NCBI GenBank assembly: GCA_029979505.1
Contig: JAPOHH010000005.1
Location: forward strand, 4,249-68,248
Length of the DNA stretch: 64,000 bases
Direction of reading: 5' to 3'
Source of the DNA: a bacterium
Lineage (GTDB): Bacteria > Pseudomonadota > Gammaproteobacteria > GCA-002705445 > GCA-002716945
Below the pieces are notes generated by a model. That model was given only the letters and a program-made list of their open reading frames with translations. It had not been told where the DNA came from and ran no database searches. Below are positions 9,673 to 19,495 of this stretch, piece by piece. Both the position numbers and the translations under genes were made by a program. Position 1 is the first letter of the stretch. The number at the start of each line of letters is the position of its first letter.

Positions 9673-10803
9673 TTATAAATTCAGCTTATCAAGTATTGGG
9701 AGAGATTCTCCCTCCAGGTAAGTTAGAAGCGATCCTCCGCCTGTTGAAAGACAACTATATTGGTCTTGTAAATTTAAGTTTTCGATGATAGGTAGTGTAT
9801 CACCACCTCCTATAATAGAAAAACAATTATGCTTTGCAATAGTCTGTGCTACTTCAATAGTTCCGTTGTCGAATGGCTTCTTTTCAACAAAACCAAGGGG
9901 GCCATTCCAAAAAACAGATGCTGATTTATTTATAAGTTCTTTTATCTCATTTAGACTAGTTTCACCAACGTCGTAAATACAATCTTCTTTGTCAATACTT
10001 CCAATGTCTATATTTTTTGTTATGTTTTTAGATTCACAAAGTAAATCAGATGGAATAATTATTCTAGATGCTAGCTCAGAGTTTAATATATTCTCTGCTT
10101 CATCAACCAAGTCCTTTTCATATAGTGACTTTCCAATCTCATATCCTTTGGCTTTTAAAAAAGTATTTAAAATGCCACCCCCTAAAATCATGTAATCACA
10201 TTTATTTAATAGTTTTTTTATAACAACTAATTTTGTTGAAACCTTTGCACCGGAAATTATAATTGTCATTGGTCGAGAATCTTCTTTAATAAGTCTATCA
10301 ATTGTAGAAATCTCATGTTTAATATTCATGCCTGGATAAGTTTTTAGATATTCACTTACTCCATATGTAGAGCTCTCTTTTCTATGCGCGACCCCAAATG
10401 CATCAAAGATAAATACATCTGCTAGGGATGCATATTTTTTTGACAACAATTCATCACATGATTTTTCACCAATATTAAATCTTGTATTTTCCAGCAAACA
10501 AATTTCATAATTATTAAAGGAAATTTCTTCGTCTAATGTATTAATCAACTGAACATCAATTGATAATAACTCTGATAAATAAATTGCTATTGGTTTAAGT
10601 GAGTTAGCTTCACTATATTCCCCTTCCTTCGGTCTACCTAGATGAGACATAATAATTAATTTATTTTTATTTTTTAAAAGGACTTTGATAGTTTCAAGTG
10701 ACTGTTTAATTCTAAAATCATTTACTATCTTTCCTTGATTCATTGGAACATTAAAATCAAATCTAATGAGAACTCTTTGTGAAGATATTGAATCAAGAGT
10801 CAC
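9673..10803 (-). CDS. pgk: Phosphoglycerate kinase
   Basis: RFDFNVP, SHLGRP, LENTRF, DAFGVAHR, WNGPLG, STGGG. Confidence 0.97.
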   Translation of the reverse strand: MTLDSISSQRVLIRFDFNVPMNQGKIVNDFRIKQSLETIKVLLKNKNKLIIMSHLGRPKEGEYSEANSLKPIAIYLSELLSIDVQLINTLDEEISFNNYEICLLENTRFNIGEKSCDELLSKKYASLADVFIFDAFGVAHRKESSTYGVSEYLKTYPGMNIKHEISTIDRLIKEDSRPMTIIISGAKVSTKLVVIKKLLNKCDYMILGGGILNTFLKAKGYEIGKSLYEKDLVDEAENILNSELASRIIIPSDLLCESKNITKNIDIGSIDKEDCIYDVGETSLNEIKELINKSASVFWNGPLGFVEKKPFDNGTIEVAQTIAKHNCFSIIGGGDTLPIIENLNLQDQYSCLSTGGGSLLTYLEGESLPILDKLNL

Positions 10804-11811
10804 TTATTTAACCCAATGCATTGTCACATCTAACATTCTGTTCGAAAATCCCCATTCATTATCATACCAGGCACATATTTTATAAAGTTTATCTTCTGAT
10901 GCTCTTGTCAGACTCTCGTCAAACACAGATGAATAAGAAGAATGATTAAAATCCACAGATACTAATGGCAGATTATTATAACCTACAATATCTTTCATAT
11001 CAGAATTGGAAGATTCTAATACAAGATTATTTAATTCATCTACAGATGTTGATTTACTAGTATTAAAGCATAAGTCAACAACAGAAACATTTGTAGTTGG
11101 AACTCGTATTGCAAAACCATCCAGTTTACCGTTCAGTTCAGGCATTACTAAACCTACTGCAGCTGCAGCTCCAGTTTTTGTTGGTATCATTGACTGAGTT
11201 GCTGAGCGAGCCCGTCTTAAATCGGTATGATATACATCTGTTAAAACCTGGTCATTCGTATATGCATGAATAGTTGTCATTAACCCATTTGTAATATCTA
11301 AATTTTTATGAATATTTTTAATAACAGTTGCAAGACAATTTGTAGTACATGATGCATTAGAAATTACCTCATGATTATTTGTCAAGGTATCATGGTTAAC
11401 GCCATAAACAACAGTATTGTCAACTTCTTTACCTGGTGCAGATATAATAACTTTCTTAGCGCCTGCTTCTATGTGACCTCCGGCTTTATCTTTTGTTACA
11501 AAGATGCCTGTACATTCATAAACAACATCAACTTTAAGTTTTCCCCAAGGAAGATTCTTAGGGTCTCTTTCAGACGTAACCAAAATTTCATCTGAATTAT
11601 CTATAATAATCTTATCGTCTTTTACTTCTACAGATGTATTAAACTTTCCATGGACAGTATCATGCACTAGTAGATGTGCATTTATTTGACTATCGCCAAG
11701 ATCATTAATAGCAACAATCTGTACATCTCCGTATTTATCATTCTCATATTTGGCCCTTAGTATGTTTCTTCCTATCCTGCCAAAACCATTTATTGCTACT
11801 CTTATAGTCAT
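10804..11811 (-). CDS. gap: Glyceraldehyde-3-phosphate dehydrogenase type I
   Basis: [28 protein letters not shown]. Confidence 0.98.
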   Translation of the reverse strand: MTIRVAINGFGRIGRNILRAKYENDKYGDVQIVAINDLGDSQINAHLLVHDTVHGKFNTSVEVKDDKIIIDNSDEILVTSERDPKNLPWGKLKVDVVYECTGIFVTKDKAGGHIEAGAKKVIISAPGKEVDNTVVYGVNHDTLTNNHEVISNASCTTNCLATVIKNIHKNLDITNGLMTTIHAYTNDQVLTDVYHTDLRRARSATQSMIPTKTGAAAAVGLVMPELNGKLDGFAIRVPTTNVSVVDLCFNTSKSTSVDELNNLVLESSNSDMKDIVGYNNLPLVSVDFNHSSYSSVFDESLTRASEDKLYKICAWYDNEWGFSNRMLDVTMHWVK

Positions 11812-11815
11812 TTAA

Positions 11816-13810
11816 TCACCTATTTTTTTTTATTAATTTTTGTATCTGTTTTTTCACATTGCTAATTGTAAAACCAAAATGCTTCATAACATCATTGCCT
11901 GTACCGGATAATCCAAATGTTTCCATGGTTATCATAGAACCTTTTTTACCAATATATTTATACCAACTGTCACCTTTGGCTGCCTCAATAGCGAGTATAT
12001 TATCAAAGTTTTTGGGTATACATTTATTTTTGTAGGACTCTTTTTGTCTATCAAATAATTCCTGACATGGCATAGATACAACTTGAATATCTATGTTTTT
12101 ATTACTAAGTTCTTGAGCTGCCTTAACTGCTAACGATACCTCGGAACCAGATGCGAGAATAATACCGTCTGGAGAGTTACTCTTACCATAAATTATGTAT
12201 CCGCCTTTATTCATGTTTATTATTTGTGATTTTGTTTTGGGTAATTCTTCAAGCGTTTGTCTAGTTAAAGCAAATGCTGATGGTGTTTCTTCACTTAGTA
12301 ATGCATGTTTCCATGCTGCTGTTGTCTCTTGAGTATCGGCTGGTCTCCAAACGTCTAAATTTGGAACAAGTCTAAGGGAAGTTACTTGTTCAACAGCTTG
12401 ATGAGTAGGTCCATCTTCACCAAGGCCTATAGAGTCATGTGTAAATATATAAATGATTGGCAACTTCATCAAGGATGACATTCTTATTGCGTTCTTTGTA
12501 TACTCAGAAAAAATTAGAAATGTACTAGCAAAAGGTCTCATTGCTCCATGTAAATTTATTCCATTAGATATTGCTGACATACCAAACTCTCTAACACCAT
12601 AGTAGATATATTTACCAGAAGTGTTATCAGGACAGAATGTATTCATATCATCATAGTATGAAAGATTTGACCCTTTTAGATCTGCTGAGCCACCAATTAG
12701 TTCTGGCATGTACTTTCCAAAAGTTGTCATAACGACTTGTGATGATTTTCTTGTCGCCATTGATTTATGGTTTTTAGACATACATTTATCTAAACTAGAA
12801 ATTACTTTATTGGGCAACTTGCCCTTAATTCTTCTCATAAGTTCTAGATAATCTTTTTTATGATGCCTTTTATATTTCTCTACTTTTTTGAACCACTCGC
12901 TCTCCAGTTTCATTCCCCTAAGAGAAGCGTCCCAATTTTTATAAATTTCCTTTGGAATAACAAATGGTTTACTCTTCCATCCCAACCTTTTTCTTACTAC
13001 ATCAGCTTCGTCACTACCGATTGGAGCTCCATGTGAAGCACTTGTTCCTTGGTATTTAGGTGAACCATAGCCTATAACTGTTTTGCAACAGATTATAGTT
13101 GGTTTACTTGATTCATTTCTTGCATTCCTAATCGAATCCCTAATGCTTTTAAAGTCATGTCCATTTACATTTTTTATAACATTCCATCCATAACTCTTAA
13201 ATCTACCTGATATATCTTCTGTGAACCAGCCATTGACATTCCCGTCTATAGATATGCTATTCATATCATAAAACATAATTAGTTTATTTAGTTTTAATGT
13301 CCCTGCAAGTGAGCATGCTTCATGAGAAACACCTTCCATTAAACATCCATCGCCAGCAAATACGTATGTGAAATGATCTATTAGATTATGTCCTACCTTG
13401 TTATATTCTGCTGCCAAATTCTTTTCTGCAATAGCCATACCTACTGCATTAGCTAGGCCTTGACCCAGTGGACCTGTCGTTGTCTCTACCCCGTCTGTAA
13501 TATCACACTCAGGATGCCCAGGTGTTAGAGAATTAATCTGTCTGAAATTCTTTATGTCTTCAATGGATAATCTGTAACCAGTCAAATGTAGTAATGAATA
13601 TAACAGCATAGATCCATGACCGTTGGAGAGAACAAACCTATCTCTGTTGAACCAGTTTGGGTTCTTTGGATTATGCTTGAGAAATTCTCTCCATAATATT
13701 GTAGCAATATCCGCCATGCCCATTGGGGCACCTGGGTGCCCTGAATTGGCCTTATTTACAGCATCGATACTGAGAAATCTAATTGCATTTGCTAGTGTAC
13801 GATTATTCAT
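11816..13810 (-). CDS. tkt: Transketolase
   Basis: SGHPGAPMG, DRFVLSNGHGSM, GDGCLMEG, GVREFGM, HDSIGLGEDGPTHQ. Confidence 0.98.
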   Translation of the reverse strand: MNNRTLANAIRFLSIDAVNKANSGHPGAPMGMADIATILWREFLKHNPKNPNWFNRDRFVLSNGHGSMLLYSLLHLTGYRLSIEDIKNFRQINSLTPGHPECDITDGVETTTGPLGQGLANAVGMAIAEKNLAAEYNKVGHNLIDHFTYVFAGDGCLMEGVSHEACSLAGTLKLNKLIMFYDMNSISIDGNVNGWFTEDISGRFKSYGWNVIKNVNGHDFKSIRDSIRNARNESSKPTIICCKTVIGYGSPKYQGTSASHGAPIGSDEADVVRKRLGWKSKPFVIPKEIYKNWDASLRGMKLESEWFKKVEKYKRHHKKDYLELMRRIKGKLPNKVISSLDKCMSKNHKSMATRKSSQVVMTTFGKYMPELIGGSADLKGSNLSYYDDMNTFCPDNTSGKYIYYGVREFGMSAISNGINLHGAMRPFASTFLIFSEYTKNAIRMSSLMKLPIIYIFTHDSIGLGEDGPTHQAVEQVTSLRLVPNLDVWRPADTQETTAAWKHALLSEETPSAFALTRQTLEELPKTKSQIINMNKGGYIIYGKSNSPDGIILASGSEVSLAVKAAQELSNKNIDIQVVSMPCQELFDRQKESYKNKCIPKNFDNILAIEAAKGDSWYKYIGKKGSMITMETFGLSGTGNDVMKHFGFTISNVKKQIQKLIKKNR

Positions 13811-13811
13811 T

Positions 13812-14363
13812 TCATCTCCACTTAATTGAACACCCGACGCTGGGAATTTGTTTTGCAGGCCCGATTCCGGTTCTAGCTATCTCTATCATACCTTTAAACA
13901 TTTCACTCGAGTTAGCTGACATTTGTTTAGACATCTTTCTATCATCAAATCTTCCGCGATATTGTAACCTAAGATTTTCATCAAAGCCAAAAAAGTCTGG
14001 AGTACACACAGATTTATAACTTCTGGCTACCGACTGAGATTTATCAAGTAAGTAAGGAAAACTAAAACCCAGTTTTTTTGAAATTATTTGCATGTTTTCA
14101 AAAGAGTCGTCTGGATATGTATCATAATCATTAGAATTGATTGCTACACAACCAACACCTTTTTTTTGTAAGACGCTTGCCTCGACAACTAATTGTTCAA
14201 GAATTGATTGTACATAAGGGCAGTGGTTACAGATGAACATTACTAAAGTTGCCTTTTTACCTCTACATGACTCTAGACTATAGAGCTGTTCGTCTACCCC
14301 CTTGAGCTCAAAGCTAGGCGCTTGCATATTATAATCACACTCAGGCGTATAAGTTTCGGTCAT
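13812..14363 (-). CDS. Thioredoxin-fold (AhpC/TSA, redoxin) family protein
   Basis: MFICNHCPYV CxxC, YPDDSFENM, FPYLLD, CTPDFF, YRGRFDD, GCSIKW. Confidence 0.9.
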   Translation of the reverse strand: MTETYTPECDYNMQAPSFELKGVDEQLYSLESCRGKKATLVMFICNHCPYVQSILEQLVVEASVLQKKGVGCVAINSNDYDTYPDDSFENMQIISKKLGFSFPYLLDKSQSVARSYKSVCTPDFFGFDENLRLQYRGRFDDRKMSKQMSANSSEMFKGMIEIARTGIGPAKQIPSVGCSIKWR

Positions 14364-14370
14364 GAAATAT

Positions 14371-14399
14371 CTTGAAATCTACAAAAATGACCCCAATAT
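14371..14399 (+). promoter_or_regulatory. Putative sigma-32 (RpoH) promoter for rpoD
   Basis: CTTGAAA (14371-14377), 13 nt, CCCCAATAT (14391-14399), close to the CTTGAAA-N13-14-CCCCATNT consensus; the CCCC run stands out in an AT-rich spacer. Confidence 0.7.
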
Positions 14400-14441
14400 T
14401 AACTGGAAATCATAATTTATTATTATTTACAATATTATTAG

Positions 14442-14450
14442 TGATATAAT
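14442..14450 (+). promoter_or_regulatory. Putative sigma-70 extended -10 promoter for rpoD
   Basis: TG-a-TATAAT, 27 nt upstream of rpoD ATG. Confidence 0.55.
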
Positions 14451-14477
14451 AGCTCACTTTCGAAGAAGAATATATCA

Positions 14478-16313
14478 ATGCCAAGCAATAATTTATCTAA
14501 AACTAAACAAAAAGAAATAAAAGATCTCATAGAGAAGGGAAGAAAACAGGGATTCCTAACAATTGGAGAAATAAATGATCTTTTACCTACCAATCTTTAT
14601 GATGCTGATCAGATTGATGGAATCATAAAACTTATCACAGACCTCAAAATAAAAGTTGTTGAGAGTAACAAAGATATAGAGACAGAAGTTGTCATCGGAG
14701 ACGAAGAAATTACGGATGATGATGATAATGAAATTACAGAGCAAGAAGCGGTTGAAGTGCTGTCAAACCTTGATGAAGAGTTTGGAAGGACATCAGATCC
14801 TGTCAGGATGTACATGAGAGAAATGGGAACAGTTGAACTTTTAAACAGAGCTGGTGAAATTGTAATTGCAAAGAAGATAGAGGAAGGACAGAAATTAATA
14901 TACAAAGCCATACAGCGGTTTCCTGAGTCAGTAAGCTTTTTCTTGAAATTATTTAAAAATGAAGATGAGATTGAATCCCTGATATCTGATTATATACTAG
15001 ACGTAAAAGAAAAAGCAGATGAAGAGTTTAAAACCGAACAAATACCCGAAGAAAGTTCATCAGATGACAAAGAAGAAATAGAAGATTCAGATGATGAAGA
15101 GATTATAGATAATTCACCTGACAGAGAACTGGTAGCCCAAAAAATAGAAACAATAAAAATACTCTTCGAAAAGTACAAATCACAAAAAGAGCCTAATAAA
15201 GCAGAAAAAATATTTGATAAAATTAGAAATGAGATTTCTACGTTTAAATTTACAAGCTTGTTTATTGAAAAGTTAACAGCAAGAATAGAAGATATATCTA
15301 GAAATATTATTAAATATGAAAAAGATATATTCTCTCTTTGTTTGAAAGATACAAATCTATCTAAAAAAGAATTTCTAAAAATTTTTAAAAACAATGAAAC
15401 AGATATAAATACTCTGGAAAATATAAAAACTAATTACCTAAAAAAAGGAACAGATGCAGAACTCTTCACAAAAGAATTCACAAAAATCAATAAAAAATTA
15501 AGTTTAATTGAATCAAGTCAAAGAATAACAATTCAAGAGATAAAACTAATCAATAAAGATAGGAGATCAGGAGAAATTAAAGAAAGAAATGCTAAACGTG
15601 AAATGGTTGAGGCAAACCTTCGTCTTGTGATTTCTATTGCTAAAAAATATACCAACCGTGGGTTGCAATTCCTAGATTTGATACAAGAAGGTAACATTGG
15701 ACTAATGAAAGCTGTAGATAAATTTGAATATAGAAGAGGTTATAAATTTTCAACTTATGCTACATGGTGGATTAGGCAAGCTATCACACGTTCTATCGCA
15801 GATCAAGCGCGAACAATACGTATACCTGTTCATATGATTGAGACAATCAATAAACTAAATAGAATTCAGAGAAAATTGCTTCAGGAAAATGGTAAAGAAG
15901 CTACACCTGAGGAATTAGCTGAACACATGGATATGACCGAGGAAAAAGTTAGAAGGGTACTTAAAATTGCAAAAGAACCAATTTCTATGGAATCACCAGT
16001 AGGAGATGATGAAGATTCTCACCTTGGGGATTTTATCGAGGATGAAAATGCTGAGAAGCCACTAGATCAAACTATAAATGATGGGCTATCTGATTCTACA
16101 CGTGACATATTATCTAGTCTCACACCAAGGGAAGCAAAAGTGTTGAGAATGAGATTTGGAATTGACATGAACACAGATCATACACTAGAAGAAGTTGGTA
16201 AACAGTTTGATGTAACAAGGGAAAGAATAAGACAAATCGAAGCTAAGGCTTTAAGAAAACTAAGACATCCATCTAGAGCACAAAACCTCAAGAGTTTTCT
16301 AGATAATGACTAA
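14478..16313 (+). CDS. rpoD: RNA polymerase sigma factor RpoD (sigma-70)
   Basis: Region 1.1, [11 protein letters not shown], acidic non-conserved region, [35 protein letters not shown]. Confidence 0.99.
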   Translation: MPSNNLSKTKQKEIKDLIEKGRKQGFLTIGEINDLLPTNLYDADQIDGIIKLITDLKIKVVESNKDIETEVVIGDEEITDDDDNEITEQEAVEVLSNLDEEFGRTSDPVRMYMREMGTVELLNRAGEIVIAKKIEEGQKLIYKAIQRFPESVSFFLKLFKNEDEIESLISDYILDVKEKADEEFKTEQIPEESSSDDKEEIEDSDDEEIIDNSPDRELVAQKIETIKILFEKYKSQKEPNKAEKIFDKIRNEISTFKFTSLFIEKLTARIEDISRNIIKYEKDIFSLCLKDTNLSKKEFLKIFKNNETDINTLENIKTNYLKKGTDAELFTKEFTKINKKLSLIESSQRITIQEIKLINKDRRSGEIKERNAKREMVEANLRLVISIAKKYTNRGLQFLDLIQEGNIGLMKAVDKFEYRRGYKFSTYATWWIRQAITRSIADQARTIRIPVHMIETINKLNRIQRKLLQENGKEATPEELAEHMDMTEEKVRRVLKIAKEPISMESPVGDDEDSHLGDFIEDENAEKPLDQTINDGLSDSTRDILSSLTPREAKVLRMRFGIDMNTDHTLEEVGKQFDVTRERIRQIEAKALRKLRHPSRAQNLKSFLDND

Positions 16314-16770
16314 TCTAGCAGTATTTGCAGCAGGTTGTTTTTGGGGTATTGAAGAGAAGTTTTTAAGTACTCCTGGTGTACTTAATACGGAAGTTGGATA
16401 TACAGGAGGTATAACTAATAATCCTAGTTATCAAGATGTATGTTCAGGCACAACAGAACATGCAGAAGCTGTCAGAATAAGTTTTGATTCAGATAAGATT
16501 TCATTTAAAGAGCTTGTTATAATATTTTTCAGTATTCATGATCCAACAACATTGAATAGACAAGGACCAGATATAGGTACTCAGTATAGATCAGAAATTT
16601 TTTGTTTAGATGATGATCAATATCTGATAGCAGATGCTGTTAAAAGAAATTTAAATAAGGAAATGTTTAATGGTAATATTGTTACCTCAGTAAGTAGAGC
16701 TGAAAAGTTTTGGATTGCTGAAGAGTATCATCAAAAATACATTAGAAAAAAGAAAAATATGATTTTATAA
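16306..16770 (+). CDS. msrA: Peptide-methionine (S)-S-oxide reductase
   Basis: [38 protein letters not shown]. Confidence 0.96.
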   Translation: MTNLAVFAAGCFWGIEEKFLSTPGVLNTEVGYTGGITNNPSYQDVCSGTTEHAEAVRISFDSDKISFKELVIIFFSIHDPTTLNRQGPDIGTQYRSEIFCLDDDQYLIADAVKRNLNKEMFNGNIVTSVSRAEKFWIAEEYHQKYIRKKKNMIL

Positions 16771-16783
16771 TTAAAATTACATC

Positions 16784-16857
16784 GGGCCTGTAGCTCAGTT
16801 GGTTAGAGCAGTGGACTCATAATCCATTGGTCGCAGGTTCGAGTCCTGCCGGGCCCA
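16784..16857 (+). tRNA. ileX: tRNA-Ile2 (CAU anticodon, lysidine-modified); 3' CCA not encoded
   Basis: Acceptor GGGCCTG/CGGGCCC+A, D arm GCTCagttggttaGAGC, anticodon arm GTGGA-CTCATAA-TCCAT, T arm GCAGG-TTCGAGT-CCTGC. Paired G1-C72 (not initiator), resemblance to E. coli ileX and position after rpoD favour Ile2 over Met. Confidence 0.92.
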
Positions 16858-16865
16858 AAAAGAAT

Positions 16866-17633
16866 ATGGATAATCTTGAAGATCTAAAAAAAAGAATAGA
16901 CGAATTAAAATACAAAATTTATAACCACAAACTTTTTTGTACAAGACTTAATATTCAACAAGTAAGGTACTTTATGGAATCTCATATATTTTCAGTATGG
17001 GGCTTTATGAGTATCTTAAAATCTATACAATTTAATTTATCAACGACGACGCTTCCGTGGACACCGACAGATAATACCAGAAACGGGCTTACTAATTTTA
17101 TAAATGAAATAGTATTATCTGAAGAGAGTGATTATATAGAAGGTATTGGTTACACGTCACATTTTGAGATATACCTTGATGCTATGAAAGAAATAAATGC
17201 TGACACTTCACAGATTCTATTACTTTTAAAAAACATTAAAGATGATGGGTACATATATGAACATGTAAATAGATTAAATATTCTAGATGAAGTTAAGGCT
17301 TTTATTAAATTTGATATGGAAACATCAATATCAGGTAATCTTCCAAAGCTTGTAGGTAGTTTTACATTAGGTAGAGAAAAAGTTATACCTAATATGTTCG
17401 AACATATCATATTAAGTGTTAATGATGTTGCTTCAACCAGTAAGTTTATTACATACTTAAATAGACATATTGAAGTTGATGGTGATAGACATGGACCTTT
17501 ATCTTCTGAGCTTTTAGAAAAAATATGTAGTTCTGATCAAGATATGCTTCTATCTTATCAATTTGGCATAAAATCTTTAAAATTAAGGCTTAAAATTTGG
17601 GATAAGATTTCTGAAGATTTATGTATTGCATAA
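16866..17633 (+). CDS. DUF3050 family protein (heme-oxygenase-like fold, putative diiron enzyme)
   Basis: FMESHIFSVWGFMSILK, PWTP, INEIVLSEESD, SHFEIYLDAM, GREKVIPNMF, YLNRHIEVDGDRHGP. Start moved to ATG 16866 because the track start lies inside the tRNA. Confidence 0.85.
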   Translation: MDNLEDLKKRIDELKYKIYNHKLFCTRLNIQQVRYFMESHIFSVWGFMSILKSIQFNLSTTTLPWTPTDNTRNGLTNFINEIVLSEESDYIEGIGYTSHFEIYLDAMKEINADTSQILLLLKNIKDDGYIYEHVNRLNILDEVKAFIKFDMETSISGNLPKLVGSFTLGREKVIPNMFEHIILSVNDVASTSKFITYLNRHIEVDGDRHGPLSSELLEKICSSDQDMLLSYQFGIKSLKLRLKIWDKISEDLCIA

Positions 17634-17655
17634 GTATAATTATATGATAATATAC

Positions 17656-17707
17656 TTATATACAAACCTCCTCCGTATATGATAAGCCGACAAGATGTCG
17701 GCTTTTT
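17656..17707 (+). ncRNA. Candidate small RNA: anti-SD loop hairpin plus intrinsic terminator
   Basis: Stem TTATATAC/GTATATGA with loop AAACCTCCTCC, followed directly by terminator; possible promoter TTGCAT (17626-17631), 16 nt, TAATAT (17648-17653) with TG extension. Confidence 0.5.
17684..17707 (+). terminator. Rho-independent terminator
   Basis: AAGCCGACA-aga-TGTCGGCTT with T-tract 17703-17707, between convergent genes. Confidence 0.85.
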
Positions 17708-18261
17708 CATTCTACTAATAAATATGTACCTGTACGAATCTCATAGGAAGATACATCCTCTTTGCTGTTAATACCAAGAATAACGCTTATAGCTCTGATT
17801 GTATTACCGTGAGAAACAACTAAAATATTTCCTGCTACAGGTAGAGATTCAATAAAACTAGTAACTCTAGCACTTACGTCTTTTAAACTTTCACCATTAG
17901 GTGGACTGGTGTCCCAACCTCTTCTTGCTGAGAAAAAAGAGTCTTCACCTATTTGCTCCTTCACTTCAGACTTATTTAAACCAGACCAATCGCCATAACT
18001 GCGCTCTTTCAAACGATCGTCATATTCTATATTATTTTTGTCTCCTACTATACACACTGCTGTTGTGGCTGCTCTCAAAAGTGGTGAACTATACACGTGA
18101 TTGAACTTTATATTTGATAATTCATTTTGAAGATTTACAGCAGCAGCCATTCCCTTCTCGGTGAGATGCGGATCATGCCAACCAGTAAATAGCTGCTTTT
18201 CATTATATTCGGATTGTGCATGTCTCACGAACCATATTTTTCTAGGCTGTTTACTATTCAT
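17707..18261 (-). CDS. gpmA: 2,3-bisphosphoglycerate-dependent phosphoglycerate mutase (short histidine phosphatase type)
   Basis: VRHAQSEYN..LFTGWHD..LT..G, LKERSYG..SGLNK, PPNGESLKD, VSHGNTIRA. Confidence 0.82.
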   Translation of the reverse strand: MNSKQPRKIWFVRHAQSEYNEKQLFTGWHDPHLTEKGMAAAVNLQNELSNIKFNHVYSSPLLRAATTAVCIVGDKNNIEYDDRLKERSYGDWSGLNKSEVKEQIGEDSFFSARRGWDTSPPNGESLKDVSARVTSFIESLPVAGNILVVSHGNTIRAISVILGINSKEDVSSYEIRTGTYLLVE

Positions 18262-18262
18262 A

Positions 18263-19051
18263 TTAATCTTTGTTAGCTATGTCATTATATACTTCTTCAG
18301 TTTCTTTAGAAGTTTTTCTTATTTTGAAGAATTTTGAGGCATACAAGCCTAATTCATAGAGTAACCACATTGGTAATGCAAGGAGAATTTGGGAGATAAC
18401 ATCAGGTGGAGTCAACAGCATACCTAAAGTAAAAGCTCCAACAATAATGTATGGTCTTTTTGATATTAGTTTATCTTTAGTTGTGATTCCAGATGTGATT
18501 AATAAAACAGTAACAATAGGAACTTCGAATGAAAATCCAAAAGCAAAAAATAATGCAATCACAAAATCAAGATATCTCCCAATATCAGTCATTACTGCTA
18601 CATCTGTAGGTGCAATTCCAACGAAAAAAACGAATATTAGTGGGAAAACTACGAAGTAAGCAAATGCAGCACCTAAGTAAAATAAAACACTACTTGAGAG
18701 AATCAATGGAAAAATAAGCTTCTTTTCATGTGAGTATAAACCAGGAGCAATAAAAGACCAAAGATGATATAGAATATAAGGTATGACAATAAATATAGAA
18801 AGATAAATCACTAATTTGAAAGGTATTAAAAATGGTGATGCTACGTCAATAGCAATCATTTCACTGCCTTGTGGCAATGCATTAAGTAAAGGTATAGATA
18901 AAATATTGTATATTTGACCTGAAAATGGGATAAGTAAAATAAAAATAACAAGAACAAACAATAATACTTTTGAAAGTCTATTTCTAAGTTCTATTAGGTG
19001 TGGTACAAATGAGTTTTTATTTTGATTTATCTGATTCTGATTCTTCACCAC
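18263..19051 (-). CDS. tatC: Twin-arginine translocase subunit TatC
   Basis: HLIELRNRL, WSFIAPGLY..EK, FGFSFEVP, LLTPPDVISQ. Confidence 0.97.
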   Translation of the reverse strand: MVKNQNQINQNKNSFVPHLIELRNRLSKVLLFVLVIFILLIPFSGQIYNILSIPLLNALPQGSEMIAIDVASPFLIPFKLVIYLSIFIVIPYILYHLWSFIAPGLYSHEKKLIFPLILSSSVLFYLGAAFAYFVVFPLIFVFFVGIAPTDVAVMTDIGRYLDFVIALFFAFGFSFEVPIVTVLLITSGITTKDKLISKRPYIIVGAFTLGMLLTPPDVISQILLALPMWLLYELGLYASKFFKIRKTSKETEEVYNDIANKD

Positions 19052-19292
19052 TAGCCTCTTTAATTCTTTGTTGCAATTCTGATATTGATAGCTCTTGATC
19101 TTTCAATATTGATTTAATATCTGTACTGTCAACTTCATCATCAATTTGACTTTTGACATTATTAAAATATTTCTGAACCTTGCCAAATTGCTTACCAAGA
19201 AATGAGGCGACTTCAGGAAGCTTCTCTGGACCTAAGACAAATAAAGTTAGTAAGAATAGAAAAAATAATTCCCAGAAACCAATATCAAACAT
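19017..19292 (-). CDS. tatB: Twin-arginine translocase subunit TatB
   Basis: MFDIGFWEL...VLGPEKLP; between tatA and tatC. Confidence 0.95.
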   Translation of the reverse strand: MFDIGFWELFFLFLLTLFVLGPEKLPEVASFLGKQFGKVQKYFNNVKSQIDDEVDSTDIKSILKDQELSISELQQRIKEASGEESESDKSK

Positions 19293-19294
19293 TT

Positions 19295-19486
19295 CTAAGA
19301 ATTTTTATTTTGGTTGTCATCATCAATTGTTTTATTATTTGATGACTCCTCTCTAGAGGATTTCTTAAAACTTTTCATCGCTGCTCCTAGATCTGCTCCG
19401 ACGTTTCTAAGTTTTTTGGTACCAAATAATACAACAACTATGATTAAAATAAGTAGTATTGACCATGGAGATATTCCGCTTAACAT
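19295..19486 (-). CDS. tatA: Twin-arginine translocase subunit TatA
   Basis: [34 protein letters not shown]. Confidence 0.95.
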   Translation of the reverse strand: MLSGISPWSILLILIIVVVLFGTKKLRNVGADLGAAMKSFKKSSREESSNNKTIDDDNQNKNS

Positions 19487-19495
19487 TCTATTTCC

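Noticed and set aside
7226-13810. tkt-gap-pgk-pyk-fba as a Calvin cycle or RuMP operon
   Set aside because: No RuBisCO, phosphoribulokinase or hps/phi in the window; this cluster is common in heterotrophs too
14690-15120. GAT/GAA-rich low-complexity tracts in rpoD
   Set aside because: They encode the normal acidic linker and non-conserved region of sigma-70, not a DNA repeat
16784-16857. tRNA-Met or tRNA-fMet call from the CAT anticodon
   Set aside because: No C1:A72 mismatch or GGG/CCC anticodon stem; sequence and rpoD linkage fit tRNA-Ile2
16827-16865. N-terminal extension MVAGSSPAGPKKN of the DUF3050 ORF
   Set aside because: It is the translated tRNA T-arm and acceptor stem; the real start is 16866
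17664-17674. Minus-strand GGAGGAGG as RBS of a hidden small ORF
   Set aside because: The only nearby start (TTG) is 1 nt away and the frame would run antisense into DUF3050
16784-17707. Genomic island inserted at tRNA-Ile2
   Set aside because: No integrase, no duplicated tRNA 3' end, no evident compositional shift
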